Notes: generated from the letters alone by a model not told the origin. A stretch of 64,000 nucleotides of DNA from Camelus dromedarius (GCF_036321535.1 NC_087438.1:8434001-8498000); one strand, 5' to 3'. Positions 41,680 to 55,928 are shown, numbered from the stretch's first letter. Translations and numbers: made by a program.

Positions 41680-42335
41680 TAACCCTACTTCTGTCAATTC
41701 TTCTGTTTTCCAGGCTCTGTTTCTATGATTTGGGTTTCTTTTTTTTTAGATTCCACATGTAAGTGATATCACACAGCATTTGTTTTTGTCACTTAGAGTA
41801 ATATCCTCAAGGTTCATCTATGTTGTTGCAATGGTAAGATTCTCTTCTTTTTCGTGGCTGAGTAATATTCCATTGCATGTATGAACCACATCTTTATCCA
41901 TTCATCTGTTGATGGGCACTTAGGTTGTCTTCTCTTCTTGGCTACTGTGAATAACGTTTCAGTGAACATGGGAGAGCAGGTATCTCTTCAATCTCATTTT
42001 CATTTCCTGATAAATACCCAGAACTGGGATTGCCGGACCATAAGGTAGTTCTATTTTTAACTTTCTGAGGACTGTCCATACTGCTTTCCACAGTGGCTGC
42101 ACCACATTCTACTCCCACCAGCAGTGCACAAGGGTTCCCTTTCCCCCACATCCTCGCCTGTACTTATCTCTTGTCTCTTTGATGAAGGCCATTCTTTCAG
42201 TGGGGAGGTGCCACCCTGGGGTTTTGGTTTATGTTTCCCAGGTGACTGGGGGTGTTTTGCACCTTTTCATGTACTTGTTGGCTATTTATATGTCTTCTTT
42301 GGGAAAAATTACCTATTCGGTGTCTGTGCCCATAA
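41680..42335 (-). mobile_element. L1 (L1MA/MB-like) ORF2 C-terminal end and 3' UTR
   Basis: ttagattccacatgtaagtgatatc...aggttcatctatgttgttgca...ctttatccattcatctgttgatgggcacttaggttg...ggtagttctatttttaactttctgagg...ccatactgctttccacagtggctgcacc...acaagggttccctttcccccacatcctcgcc. Confidence 0.9.
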
Positions 42336-42519
42336 AATTATACTTTAAGCTGTGGAATAAATCCATCAGACAAAAAGAGGTTCCAACCACAGAGGAACAT
42401 GAGTCATCTTTCACTCTGTAGCTTTCTGCATGGTGTTACTATTTCTCTTACAGTACTTCATCCATTGTACCAAGATTACAGATAGAAACCCCAACCCTCA
42501 CAGCAAGTGCATACAGTAA

Positions 42520-42640
42520 CTACTAATAATTTCACTTCATAAGTGGAGAACAAGGAGCCTCAGAAACAATAAACTGCAAGTCCAGTCTCAGAGGCCAGAA
42601 GTCAACAGCGGCCGAGGATTTTAACCCAAATGTCTGGCAT
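42520..42640 (-). mobile_element. MIR fragment
   Basis: gtggagaacaaggagcctcagaaac...cagaagtcaacagcggccgaggattttaacccaaatgtctggc. Confidence 0.45.
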
Positions 42641-44084
42641 CTTGTCGTTTATTCTTTTGATGAGACCTCAGGATTCTCAATGTTTGAACGTAATAGTTCT
42701 TACAGATCTGATTACAAAACAACACTCATCAGTTTCAGGGAAGTTTATTTCTTTTTTTTTTGGAATTTTAAATAAATCCTCAGCTTTTGTCACTAAGGGT
42801 CTAGTTACTCTTGAGATCTTGAAAATAGGATGTCATTTTTTTTAAGTCACCATTATGCCAACATTTTTTAATGTTATAAAGTCTATCATGTTCTAAGAGA
42901 CTAATAAGCTTGGTTCAAATCTCCAAGGGCAAATTTTAGCAAAGCTGTTTGAAAAGAAATTTGTCTATGTGTTTGTTATTGCATGTGATCACAGTATATT
43001 TTAAATCTCAGATATGAGTAAATAAATAGGTTTGGTACAGCTCTGACACACTGCCGATCTAAAAATGATAATATTTAACATTTTAAAATTCATTTGTACC
43101 ACTTTTCTAACTTATTTTTAAAACTAATTTCTTTCGCAGTTAATTCCTTCTATGTATGAGAAGGTCTCTTTCTAGCATTAGGCGTCCCACTTTCTACTTT
43201 TTTCTTTCTTCTTTTCCTAAATATTTACAGTATCTCCCATGACCAGTAGTTACCACACTCTAATACACAAATTATTCCTGAAAAATGCCAAATGTGTTAA
43301 TACTTGTTACAAAATTAGTCAATTATAAGAGTTCAAATATATAAACAAATTTAAGGAAAATGAACATAACATAAAAAGAAATTGTGGTTTTTACGTCCAG
43401 AAAGAAAAATAAAATTTCTATCACTTAGGTAGGAATTTTGTATTTTTTATGTGGCAATATTTTGGTGTTTTTATTGGTCTTTCTGGAGGGAGAGGTCTAA
43501 GAGTAAACTTGATTATAATCTGCGTTTTTATGTCTCTATATTATTGACAAACTTTCACTATCTCCAAACGATGATTGATAGATGAATTTTCAATCAAGGA
43601 CATTATTTTAAAAAGGGAAAAGAAGGGCTTTAAGTTCTAGCTAATGTCAAAACCTTATTAACCTGCAGGGGTTATTAAAAGCATAGTAACAAGCACTCGA
43701 AATTTAATTTTTTATATACAAATGTCCAAAAGATTAAAAAAAAAACACTACCCAAAGATAAACCAACATGATAGTTATTAAAAATTTCAATTATGTAAAC
43801 ACTGTAGGTACATGAATTTTGGTTAGAAAAACCATAAATATTCAACTACAAAAATTTTCTTTTATATTTATCTTTCCTACAATAAAGTTTCCTATCAATT
43901 AATTTCTGTGTTTCTTAGATGAAAAAGCAGTTAAAAATGTATATCAGTGTCATAATTATCCTACCAGGTACACAAAAGAATATTATCTATAAACGGATGG
44001 TTATGAAAATGAGGAAATAGCTATGAAGTTATAGTTAAAACTGTGAGTTACAATTAAACAAATATTTTTATAAGACAGTATCAT

Positions 44085-44260
44085 TATGATATTAAAGCAT
44101 ACTGTGTACCAGACACTCTTCTAAGCTCTTCACCAGTACCGACTGACTCAATTAACACAACAACCCTTTTCAGCACTTCCATTATTAACCCCATTTCCCA
44201 GATGATGAAACTGAGGTCCTGAGAGATTAACCTCCCTAAGGGATCAAGGGAAGAGCTATT
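44085..44260 (-). mobile_element. MIR SINE
   Basis: actgtgtaccagacactcttctaagctctt...cacaacaaccct...attattaaccccatttcccagatgatgaaactgaggtcctgagagattaac. Confidence 0.8.
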
Positions 44261-47200
44261 GTGTAAAGCCTTACAGCCTATGGTTCCCAACCACAATACT
44301 GTCCTACAAATCTGTAGGATGCCTCGATGCTGATAACAATTTAAAAACTAGTTCATTAATTTAAAAATAATTAACTGATCAAAAAGTGTGCCACGTCTAG
44401 TACTAGGTATTGAGTATTGGACACAAAAGACAAATAGGAAATGGTCTCTTGCCACTTTGGAGAAGCCTCAGGGGAAAATGATGAATGTAGAGATTGGATT
44501 TACAAAGTGTGGATCTTTGCCGTAAAGAGGGAAGGTTTACAAGTCAGAATGCCGTCAAAGTGCTTATTATTTTAGTGTCCCAGTGCCTAGCACAATGGCC
44601 AGGACATATTCTAGATGCTCTTTTAACTGGCTCTATTCTGCAACCCTTGCTGACTGGTCCCTTCTGCACTTGCGGTCAGTTGTCCACTCCAAAGCCCCCT
44701 GGGCCCTCCTGCCTTCACCCGTTGGGGAGGAACTCACCAGCAGGTAGCTGTGCTGTTTTCCAAACCCATTCATTCCATTTTATCTTGTGATTATGTTCTT
44801 TAATCAAACATATATAAACTGATGAGTATAACTGCATCAAGAATAAAAGGCTTTTTTTAATGACTGCTTTGGTGAAACCCCTTTAAGATAACTCATCTAC
44901 AGATGCTGTGGAATTAATTTTAGATGCGATGACTATAAAGGGCTAGGGATAAATGATAAACATCTAGAAGGATTCTTCTTTCAAAACGCTCCACAAGTAT
45001 CTTAGATTTTTTTTATTTACTTTAAATAACCGGCAATTGGAAATCGTAAAGGATGCAATGTGGGGAGACTGGGGTGAGGGAGGGGTCTGCAAGAATGCTC
45101 ATCTAACACTCCTTCAAGCAGACCCATATTTAAATAAATAACTAAGTCCTAAAAGATTAGTGAACACAGTACAAATACATCAGAATCATTTATTTTCAAA
45201 ATGACTCTCTAATTTTTAATGATTTCTCTTACTGACTGGCCCTGATGCCTTGGTTAAGAGTTTTTCTTACTAACCAGTGTCTCAATACTTCTTTGTTGAA
45301 AGAATGAATGAATGAAGTAGCAAGTGAATTGATAATGTTTAACCTATTCTGTCTGTTATGTGGTTATTGAGTTGGTCTTGTCATTGTGTGAGCGTTTGTT
45401 TTGCCGGAATCATTGACTTACCAGATCAATTAGTCATTTATTAAGTTAATTAAGAAACAAGTGGCTACTGGTACTTGTTGATGTCAATAATTCCACCGAA
45501 GACAACGATGCCGGGGTTTGAAAGAATCTTTTGTTTGCATGGATTCAGCCCCTGTTCCCCTGTGACTTTCTGTCTGTGCATGGCTTCTGCATGAGGAAAT
45601 GCCACCTGATAGACTGCTTTTATGAAACAGTAATTACTCTCAGAATGATGCTAAATTTAAATTGTACAAGTGACTGAATTTCAATTTAGAATAACAAATC
45701 TACACATCATCTTATTGGAAAATCATTATCTAATTTCTGTGTACCACATATATAATTTGCACAATTAAGAAAAAAGAAGTCTCTTAATTAACTGTTCTCT
45801 TTTTTTTTTAAATCTCTCTGAACTTTGAACATTGGATTAAAGTTTCATTGAACAAATAGGATGAAGAATATTAATCAGAAATTAATTTATAGGTTTTATT
45901 TTCAAGAGTGCATATACCTGGTCATGATTTAATCACTGTGTAAGTACCTAGAGAAAACTGAATAATGTCTTGAATTCTGATTTTATATATTTAAATCTGT
46001 ATCACGCTGCACAGATACATCATTAAATTAAAGTTGTTAGAGTTACTACAGAACGATTTAGGAATAAACAAGCTCAGAATAGATGATGAGTCTAATCTGG
46101 GTGCAAGAAACCCGCCTTCGCCACCTAAGACCTCACCTCTTGCCATTAAGCCTCAACAAGATTTAAAACCAATGTCTTCAACACACAGGATTTCATGCAA
46201 AACAACAACAACAAAAAAAAGTGTGGCTTATATTGGTCACCAAAAAAACTTCCAATTTAAAATTTTAATTGACCACATCAGTTAACATATTAGGCAAATT
46301 TGAAAACTGGACTCTCTCATAATTAGAAGAACGTGGGACTTGAAAAACCAAGGGACTGAGTCATGTGTAAAGTAAGTGTTACTGGCCGAATTAGTATGAG
46401 GAAAAACTGTTAATCCGCATACATATATGATTTCTAATGTGCTCAGTTAGTTATGTGAAAGATAAATTGCACCTTTCAATAGGAAAAATATATTTATATT
46501 TTTTGTTGGTACAACCAGGGGAAGCTTCCACCTGGAGTCCCCTGCAATGCTGCCATCTATTCTATTTCTTCTTGGCACGAAGCAAAAATTTCAGAAGCAC
46601 ATGAGCAGCCCTGGAGCAACCAGCCTGGGTGAGCAAGGACTCTGTGCCGATCTGTTTTATAAATGGGAGGGTAATGAGGCATAAAGGAATTAAGTAATAT
46701 TTTCAAGGTCATTCCCTGAGTCTTTAATAGAGCAGAGAATAAAACCGTAAGTTTTGTCTATTAGATACATACTGTGGTGTCGCGAGCAAGCTTCCAATCC
46801 TGCACTCCTGCACAATGAACCAAAAGGAAGAGCCTGGCACTGGACTACTGGCTTATGTGTGCCATGAAACACGTGCTTATCCAACAACAGAAATGATCCG
46901 AAAAAGAATGATTTCAAAAAGTAAATGAAAGATGAAATAAAGGGGCATTACAATTTCCAAATGAGACCTTACCTTAAGATGAGTGACCGCGTTCAAACAT
47001 CTCTCTCCTGTGCTAGTTTTGAGCCATATGCTTTGCAATTACCTTGTAAATTTAATCTAGGGCATCACAAGTTAGGAGTTTATAACGGCCAAGAGCAGCT
47101 CCATACAGGAAAGACATTTTCCACAGGGGCCAGCCAACCCCAAACACTGGCCTGGGTCCTGTTTTCTCCTGCTTACCTGCGAGTTTGATTCTGAAACCAC

Positions 47201-47901
47201 ACATTTGACTTTGCAAAAGAAAGAGAACTCACCCATGGAATCCTGCCTGTACGACTGCTCTTAACCTAGGGTACAGAGTCCCTTTCCACCTGCTGTCAAG
47301 GCTCACAAAAGGCAACAGAAATGGTAGAAACACACTTTTACTCAGAACTAGTACATTCTGCCCAAGTACCCAAGGCAACACTGTCCTATGAAAACACGAA
47401 CACTGATTAAAACTCCTTGAGGCTGTGTCATTGTAGGACGGGGACCCTTGCTGTAGCAGTCATTTGGCTTAGCACTGTCTCACCCGACGATGGATCGGCG
47501 GACCAAGGCAAGTCTTCTGTAGAAGAAGTGCTGACTTGGCTTTAATTGTCTGCCCAACGGCCAACAGACATTACAAGAGCTTCCGATGCAGGGAAACAAG
47601 AGGGAAATGACTTACATAAATGCTATTTGAGACATTTCATGTCAAATTTCCTCACCTAGCTTCAGATTTCATCACCTACTTCCAGATATCCTCACGGCAA
47701 GGAGAAACATCTTTAGTAGGCACTTTTCACGCTAAAATTGGACAATACAAACTTCAGTGTGTACACTGGAAATCTGTTGGTGTTGTGTGATACGTAGCCC
47801 TTCTCCCTGCTTTGGTTGGTTGAATCTCGATTTTTCCTGGAGGGAATTATCCATTGAGGCTGGCATGAAGCTGCCTATGTTCACAATCAAGCATTTCCAT
47901 C

Positions 47902-48412
47902 CCTGGTAGGCAGAATAATGGTCCCCAGAGATGTTCATGTCCCCAATCCCCAGAACGTGTGACTATGTTATGTTACATGGCAAGAGAGAATTAGCACAGA
48001 TGATGTAACATTGCTAATTAGCTGCTCTCAATTGAGACGATCCTCCTGGATTATCTGGGTGGACCCAATGTCATCACAAGGATCCTTAGTAGCGGAAAAG
48101 GGAGGCAGGAGGGTTGGCATCAGAGGAGACGTGACAGTGGAACAAGATGGAGGAGATGTGACACTGGCTTTGAAGATGGGAAGCGGGCCACGAGCCAAGG
48201 AATGCAGGCAGCCTCTCAAAGTTGGAAAGGGCAAGGAGCCAAATTCTCCTCTAAAGCCTTCAGAAGCAATGCAGCCCTCAACGCCTTGACTTTAGACTAG
48301 TGAGGACCACTTCAGGCTCCTGACTTCCACAATTAGAACACAATAAATCTGTGTAGTTTTAGGCCACTGAATTTGTGGCACTTTGTTACAGCAGCCACAG
48401 GAAACTAACGCA
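47902..48412 (+). mobile_element. MaLR solo LTR, MLT1D-like, near full length
   Basis: tggtaggcagaataatggtccccagagatgttcatgtcc...ggattatctgggtggacccaatgtcatcacaagg...gccacgagccaaggaatgcaggcagcctct...aataaatctgtgtagttttaggccact...ttgttacagcagccacaggaaactaacgca. Possible TSD ccatc/ccatg. Confidence 0.9.
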
Positions 48413-49081
48413 CCATGCTTTCCTGGCCAGTTGTGAGCATGGCTCTTATCCACTGGGCTCCACATAGGCTCTGGACCTTAAGGAAAGCAACACAATGATT
48501 AAAAAAAAAAGTTGAATCTGATTCTGCCGATGGAGACACCCCAAAGTCACATCTACTCATCCCTACTGCCTGTATCTTCTGGGTCCTGCCCCTCCTAATC
48601 CCCGGCTTTTGGACATTTCTTTTTCTTTCATGAGCATTTCAGATTGTTCCAACAGATAACCTTCCCCCCTTAAGAGAATCAGTGGTTCTCTGACTTGTAA
48701 CCAAAGACCCAACCTGTTACAGTTAATTTAGTCCAACTACTAACCTGGTTGCAGTGATACCCACTGGTCAATTGTGCCATTAAAATTGTATTTTCTAAGG
48801 GCCAGACACTGTGCTAGACACCGAAGAGTCAAGACATTAACAGGAAAAGCAGTTTCTACTACAAAGCATTTCCAATTTAGTAGCCAGTACTGCAGATCCA
48901 ATTCACAGGAATAACTGTTATACCAAGAAAAACAAGTCTCGATGAAAAGCAAAGAACGTCATCTAAGTGGCACAAACCCAGACTGCAAATCTGTCAGGAT
49001 TCTGTTGGCCACAGGGAGCTGTGGATATTATAAGATCAGTCCTCAAGAAGGGAGTTAATAAATCTCTCTTCAGGTAGGGCT

Positions 49082-49165
49082 TTTCCTTCCTTCCTCCCTT
49101 CCTTCCTGCCTGCCTTCCTTCCTTCCTCCCTTCCTTCCTCCTTCCCTTTCCTCTTTCTTCCTGCC
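49082..49165. repeat. Imperfect (TTCC)n polypyrimidine repeat
   Basis: ttttccttccttcctcccttccttcctgcctgccttccttccttcctcccttccttcc... Confidence 0.85.
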
Positions 49166-50064
49166 TTCAATTTTCAGGAGTTCATGAAACCCCTATTTAA
49201 TGCGCTGAGCTCAGGGAACCCCAGGCAAAGAAGCAAAGCGAAGAATCTTGCAGTTCGGTGGTCCTGAGTGGGTGGCAGATGAATAAGGAGACAGTTGCTC
49301 AGTGAGACAAATGTTCTGAGAGGGCCGGCAGGGACGGCAAGGTCAGTAGCACTCCTGGGGAACAGGACACTGAGCTGAGTCCTGCAGGACAGGCGAAGTC
49401 AGTCAGCAGGGGGCACAGGGAGGAGAGAGTTCCGGTCACAGGGAGCATGCGTGCTGGTCTGAGGCAGTAATACGTACGGCAAGTCTCCAGGCTGCAAATG
49501 AATCAGGAAAGTAGAGTGAAGGCCCGAAGAAAAGAATCTTAAGATGTAGCAGGAAAGAAAGGAAGGTCCAGGCCAGAGAATTTGCATTCTTTAGAGATTT
49601 GGAAGAACCTGGCCACGAAATAAAGAGATTTCATCCATGGGTTAAGGACCTTCGAGATAAGATTTTAATATTTTGAAACTTTCTCTCCTAAATGCAGCCT
49701 TAAAATTATTTTGAAAGAAGGTGTAGGACTTGAGGGAGAGCCCAGTTATAAGGGCCCTGGGGCCATCTGTGTGTACCGCAGGCTCAAATAATGAGGTAGA
49801 AAGAAGGGCAGAGACAAGAGATGTCAGGACATCTCTTGAAGCCCATTTGATGGACATGGGTTTTCAAAATGGCTCAAAAGGGTTAGATCATGACTTTTAT
49901 TAATAATAAGTTATTAAATATTTCAACTAAAAACAATTCCTGAGACAGTAAAATGTGATTTGTCCATTGCATCAGAATAGATCCACTATACATTGTGGAT
50001 TCTCCATGGTTTCTTGAAAACTAGAATCATATTAGAGATAGAAAACAAAGACTTGGGTTTTCTA

Positions 50065-50332
50065 GCAAACTTACGGTTACCGAAGGGGAAGAGTAGGGAT
50101 AAATTAGGAGTTTGGGATTTGCAGATACTAACTACTGTATACAAAAATAGATAAACAACAAGGTCCCACTGCTCAGCACAGGGAAATGTATTCAACGTCT
50201 TATAATAACATATAACGATAAGGAATATGAACAAGAATATGTGCATATGCATAACTGAATCAATATACTGCACACCAGAAACAACACTGTAAGTCGACTA
50301 TACTTCAATAAAAAATAAAAATAAAGAAAGTG
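50065..50332 (+). mobile_element. 5'-truncated cetartiodactyl-type L1 3' UTR with perfect 18-bp TSD
   Basis: caaacttacggttaccgaagggg...gggataaattaggagtttgggatttgcagatactaactactg...ataaacaacaaggtcc...ataactgaatca...cacaccagaaacaacactgtaagtcgactatacttcaataaaaaataaaaat. TSD aaagacttgggttttcta at 50047-50064 and 50333-50350. Confidence 0.92.
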
Positions 50333-51031
50333 AAAGACTTGGGTTTTCTAAAAGATGTACCATGAAGCTAGCACTATCCTATCCAATTTTGGGAAATCTT
50401 GTGGCAGTTACAGCAGGCATTTCAGCTACTTCTCTCCTGTAATGAGAACTCAAGTTACGCATTTTTATTTTTCCATTAAATTTCCATTAAATAATTAAAT
50501 CATATTCCACTGATAAATTATTTACATATACTTGTGTACTCAACACGTCACTGGCTGGTTGAGTGAAAGCACATCCCACAGGGAGAATGTCGAAAACATT
50601 ACATCGGGATAATGCCAGTTACCAAGGTATTAGTGCCAGTGGCTTAGAGGATGTTGAGGTTGTAGCCTGGGGGACACTGAGTTGACCCTCGGTTTGGTCC
50701 AGGGTGTCGCTGGCAGCCCCACACTAGCCATGGAGGGAAGCCCTTTAGTCTTGTCTCCCATGAACAGACGTGCAATAACCTCTTTCTCTTCATCTCTCCT
50801 TGAAAGCTCAGTAAACGTAAAATCTCAGAACTACCGGGCAACACGTGTGCATCAGGAAGATTCACAGTAATACGCCCCCAAGGTAAGAAGAACCAAGAAA
50901 CTGGCCAATCTCCGGAACAGGCAGCTGTGGCCAGGAGCGCGGTGTTTTACTGCAAGTCTAACTCAGCCCCAGGGCTGCCCAACCACACAGATCTGGGAGG
51001 TGGGGGACCATCCACACTGCTACCTGGGTGT

Positions 51032-51095
51032 TCGCTACTCAGTGTGGCCAGTCTACCAGCAGCATGGGCTATCACCTGGGAGCTGGAAGGAATGA
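51032..51095 (+). mobile_element. MER5A-like fragment
   Basis: ctactcagtgtggccagtctaccagcagcatgggctatcacctgggagctgg...aatg resembles the MER5A 5' part. Confidence 0.5.
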
Positions 51096-52688
51096 GCACT
51101 GTAACAAGATCATAAGCACACGTGAGGAGCACAGACAATGTAGACGAGTAACATCCCCTATAGTCCCGCAGTGGACGACCCGTGCAGCTGTATGTGGCAG
51201 CCCCGAGACCAGCACTGCTGCAATACTGCTCTGATGGCAGGAAAGCCACTGACTACACAACGTCAGTTAATTGCTCAGGTGCCGGGCAACTACAGGTGTG
51301 GGGGTGTGTGTGCTGTGTCCCTACCCCTGTCTGTTCACAGGCACCCAATGAATTTCTACAATTCCATTTCCAGGAATTCAGAGCTCCTGCTTGAGCACCT
51401 CTGTCTCTAAGACAAAAGACCGCTGAGTATACGCAACGCTCAAGAGATGACTTAGAAGTGAGCCTCTAACAAGAACAACGTCCCTTCCACAGTGAGTCAG
51501 ATGAACGCCCATTTTTATCTTACTGTCTTCTGGTAAACCTCCAGCGTGCTTTCAGCCTCTTTTTCAATATACCGAAAATGGGCTCGTCAGGGGTGCCCAC
51601 CACGGCAGGCTGCCACAAGGCTCAGTTCTCCCCGAGTCTGTGCTGGTTCCCCGCTGACCAGGCACTGATGACCACGTTCAAAGGCACGTGAAGCAAGCTG
51701 GTCATCTGGCGAGCATCTGACAAACAGCACTGTGAGTTCTGTTGCCAGAATCCTCGTTGCTACCAACCCCGGCTCCTTCACTGTACATGCTTTGGATAAC
51801 ATTTGCCAAATTAAGTCAAAAGAGAAACATATGACAGATACAGATATTATGCCTAAGAAACTGCCCACAGTTTTACTGGTCAATTAAGAGAATATTCCAA
51901 TAATGTCAGACTAAATTCTTAACTTAAAATACAAAAAATCTAGGTTGGCATTACACACTTCTTTTCTACTAATAACCCCAAATGGGGATGGACACATCTC
52001 GTCACACCACATTTTTTTTTCTAATTACAGAATTAAGCATGAACAAGCACTGGCACAGAACTTCACAAAACTAAATGAACCCGGTTTTCTGTGGTCCCTC
52101 GGTCAGCCTACTGCCTCTCTGACAACCACCTCTATTACGGACATGTTGTACTAAATCACGGGCAGTGAGGGCCACCCAAAGCCCAAAGAGCCTCCTTCCA
52201 ATCAGGACGCTAATGAAGGACCAAAGAATCTGGGGCCCTAAGGATTTCCCAAGTTCATATAACCACTGAGTGACTAAGTCAGACCCTGACTGGGCATTTC
52301 GTGTTCTCAGCAGCACGCCACTCTGCATCATGCAAACACACACCTCCTGCAGCTGACTGACAAAAACTACCTGTAGTCGTTTCTGAGGACAAACCAGTGA
52401 GTACCACAGATGAATCGCTGAGATGCTCCCAAGAGAAGCAGATCCAAAAGGCTCCGAGCCCCTGTGTCTTCAGGATCCTAGGCTCTTTCTCTGTCTTTCA
52501 GATGTTTGGAGAATTCAGTGATGGAAAGTTGCATGGATGTATTCTGCCCAGATTTATGTTTCTGCAGGAAAGCGCTCACTCTGCTCACATAATAAAGTCA
52601 GTTTCTCTTAAAGGGGAAAGAAGAGTGTTTTTCCTATGCTTGGATTTCCATATATTATATAATGGATGTATTTCCCATCTGAATCAAA

Positions 52689-52790
52689 TCAGTGGTCTCA
52701 AATTTCAGTAGGTAACAGAATCAACGGGGGACCTTGGTAAAAATGTAGAATTCTAGACAGCATACCAGAAAATCAGATTTATAAGTTCCA
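52689..52790. mobile_element. MER5A/B-like hAT MITE fragment
   Basis: cagtggtctcaaatttcagtagg...agaatcaacgggggaccttggtaaaaatgtagaattct. Confidence 0.55.
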
Positions 52791-54430
52791 AATTACTTCA
52801 GAGATCCAGGCCTGGGTTACTGCAGAGGCCACCTGCCCTGAACCTCACCTTGAAAATCCAGACATAGAAACTGCAGTGAGGTGGTTTCTGTGGCAACTTT
52901 GTAGGGGAGGCATACTGGGGCCTCCAGAGTACCTCTCTGAAGGCTGATATCACCCCGACCCAATGGTACTAGGAGAAAATTACATGGAAAACGCACATTT
53001 ATAATGAACTACAATAAAAACACATCATTAGGAGACAATCCTTTCACATTCACGACTGTAAAACGAAATCCTTAAAGGAACTTAGTTTCGTCTTGGTTTG
53101 AACAATTCACACAATGTACTTAAAGTGTACATTACACATTAATATTAAAACACTGTAAAGCATAGCATTCTTCTAGAGCTTAAAAGTGGCAATTTATTTT
53201 ACTAATCATTTTGCATAATATCTATTTGCTGTAGTGCTGAAGCCAACACTTAATTCTCTAAAATCTGAATTCTAGTTGAAAAACCAAACGAGATACTACC
53301 TAGAGACACCACACAGTATACAGCATATACGTGTAAATTCACACACATGTAAAATGCACGCCCCAGAGTAAGGCATTCGGTTGAAATCACTGCCTTATAA
53401 ATGACTGATAATTATATTTTCAAATTCCAGTAATAAGATGATTTGGCCATTCATAAATATGTATAATTTTCCTGTACCAACACCATCGACACATAATTTG
53501 TTTTCCAACCCCACTGATTTTCTCCAAGCAGATGTATCATTTTCCAATTATGAAATTAAACATTTGATCTGAAAATATGTTGGCAGTCTAATTCCAGGTT
53601 TAATAACTTCCTGTGTATTTTTAGGACTACATTCCGCTAGAACTCCAGGGAAAATTATGAAATTCAAAATAGCTAAATTTCAAAGAATGCAATCAGCCTG
53701 TGAGAACTAGTCAAGTAAATTACCACCATGGGTTAAATCGTTAAGAACAGCCTACTGTTTTGGGGTCGGGAAAGCCTTTGGAGAGGAGAAGCCGTAGTTA
53801 TGTGTTACAGAGGAACAGAGACTCCCTGCAGCTTAGGAGACCTCATCAGCATCACAGAACTGGGGAGAGACAGGAGAAGCACTGAAATCTGGTCTCTGTA
53901 TTTCTCAAAACATGGAACTAGTGTTCATGGAAAATGACAGCAATTTATTATTCTAATCTTAACCTGAATGTTCAGTATTTCATCAAGGAAACATAATGAG
54001 AATATATCAGAATCATGAAGGACTAGTGAAGATTCAGACTGAGCTTGTCAGGCATTATGCAAAAGGGAAAAAAAGACTGTTCAGTATGATGGATACATTT
54101 TTAATTTGGTTGAATTTTTCCCGATACTCAAGGGACCACTCATGCATGCACTGCAATCCACAGGGAGCAGGAGGGAGCTGACATGTTCTGAGACCACGCT
54201 GCGTCCCACCCCCTAGAGCCAACTGCCTGCCATGGGCATCAGACTCAGGCTGCCACACACAGAGCCAGACCTGGGATCTCTGGCTTTGGGCCCTGGGGTG
54301 GGGGGTGGCATAGTTACCCCATTTTTCTCCAATGACCACAGCACTAAGACTGTAAAGTTTCAAAGCGGTGAGTGTTTGCATTTCACACCATGTAGACCAG
54401 AAAGGCAAAGAGAGATGCAGAGGGGAAGAG

Positions 54431-54433
<3 letters not shown>

Positions 54434-54479
<46 letters not shown>
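54434..54479. repeat. (GA)23 perfect dinucleotide microsatellite in a purine-rich tract
   Basis: Read directly. It explains the ERER/SLSL spurious ORFs. Confidence 0.95.
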
Positions 54480-54482
<3 letters not shown>

Positions 54483-54949
54483 TGAGTGCTTGTGTGTGTG
54501 AAAGAGAGGGAAAGAGAAGGAGAAGGCAGTGGAGGCACGGCAAGTGCCCAGGAAGGAGAAGAGAGAGTTGATGAGTTTCATTTGTTTCCTGAAACGGCCA
54601 CATTCCTCTTCTTGGGTAACGTGAGACAAAACTGTATGCTTATAAAACAAAACAAAAACCACTTCTTTTCTTAAACATGTGTGACCTGAATTCTGTCAGA
54701 ATCAAATGTCCCTACCAATATACTCATAAAATTACTATATATATATATAAACAAATATATGCATGTGAATAGGACTATATATATGAAATCACATATATAC
54801 GTATATCTGTGGAATTAAAAGCTTTACAATATAAAAAAGAAAAGAGTCTGAATTTCTTACCGTCTTGGAAATAACTACATTTTTCATAGAGCCACATCTT
54901 TCAGCATTACTTTTTAGAATTTGATATGAACTTTCTTAAATTTAAAAAT

Positions 54950-55870
54950 TATCCCATTAGTGCAGGATTACAATAGAAAACAGAGAATACAGGTAAGCAA
55001 CAGAATTTTAAAAATAGAGTTAAAATACTTAAATACCACCATTTAGAGAAAACAACTATTAATATATACAGACATACATACCTGATATTTTTCATAGATA
55101 CACACAGAATTCTATAGTTACTTTGTGATACGCAGTCTTCAATTAATATCTTCTCCTGACCCCCTTCTGTATCAGTAATCACTTTATGCAGGATCATTTT
55201 AATGACTCCATCATATCTAATTAACTGATGCATTACAATGCATCTACTCCATCTGCTGTTTTGAATATTTAAGTTGTCTCCAGGTTTCCACTAGTAAAAG
55301 AGGTTGCAACATAACCCTTTGCTTGCCTGTCCATTTTCTTAAATTCTTTAGGATAGGATTATTGACTCAAGCCTTAGCCCATTTTAGGGCTTTGGAAACA
55401 AGGAAAAGTTTCACTCCAGACAGCTTGTTTGACTTATGGGCTCAGTGGGTACATCAGAATGCTATGCTGGGTGCAGGGATTTTTTTTGTCAAGCTTGCTG
55501 ATCTAAAGGACAATTATCTCATAGTTTTAATTACTAGGGAAAATGACTATTTCCCCCGCTTGACCATTTTTATTCTCATTTTACAATTTGCACATTCATT
55601 GTCTTTATCCATTTTTCTACCATGGTGACACTGATTTTCTTACAGATTGTTCCTAATATAGGAAAGAGGTGAACCCTCTAACTAGCATATGTATGTACTG
55701 ATTTTGTTACTTAGAAATCTGAAGTTTCAATCTTGATTCAATATTTGACTCTATTATTTCTGCCTTTGATTTTCTGATATTCTATAAACACATCTTCTCG
55801 ACTATTTCTGCAAGTTTATTTTTAGACTTCAAATTACATTTCTATTGAATTCATTTTGATAAGTGGTAGG
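54950..55870 (-). mobile_element. Very old L1 (L1ME-like) fragment
   Basis: aatatttaagttgtctccaggtttccactagtaaaag...ttgctgatctaaaggacaattatctcatagttttaatt...cattcattgtctttatccatttttcta. Confidence 0.5.
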
Positions 55871-55928
55871 GTCTTTCGTCTCAGGTGTTCCGGTGGTAGC
55901 ATGAATAATGATAATATAAAACTTAGAT

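Noticed and set aside
54055..54662. Overlapping ORFs up to 182 aa with SLSL/ERER tracts
   Set aside because: Produced by the (GA)n microsatellite.
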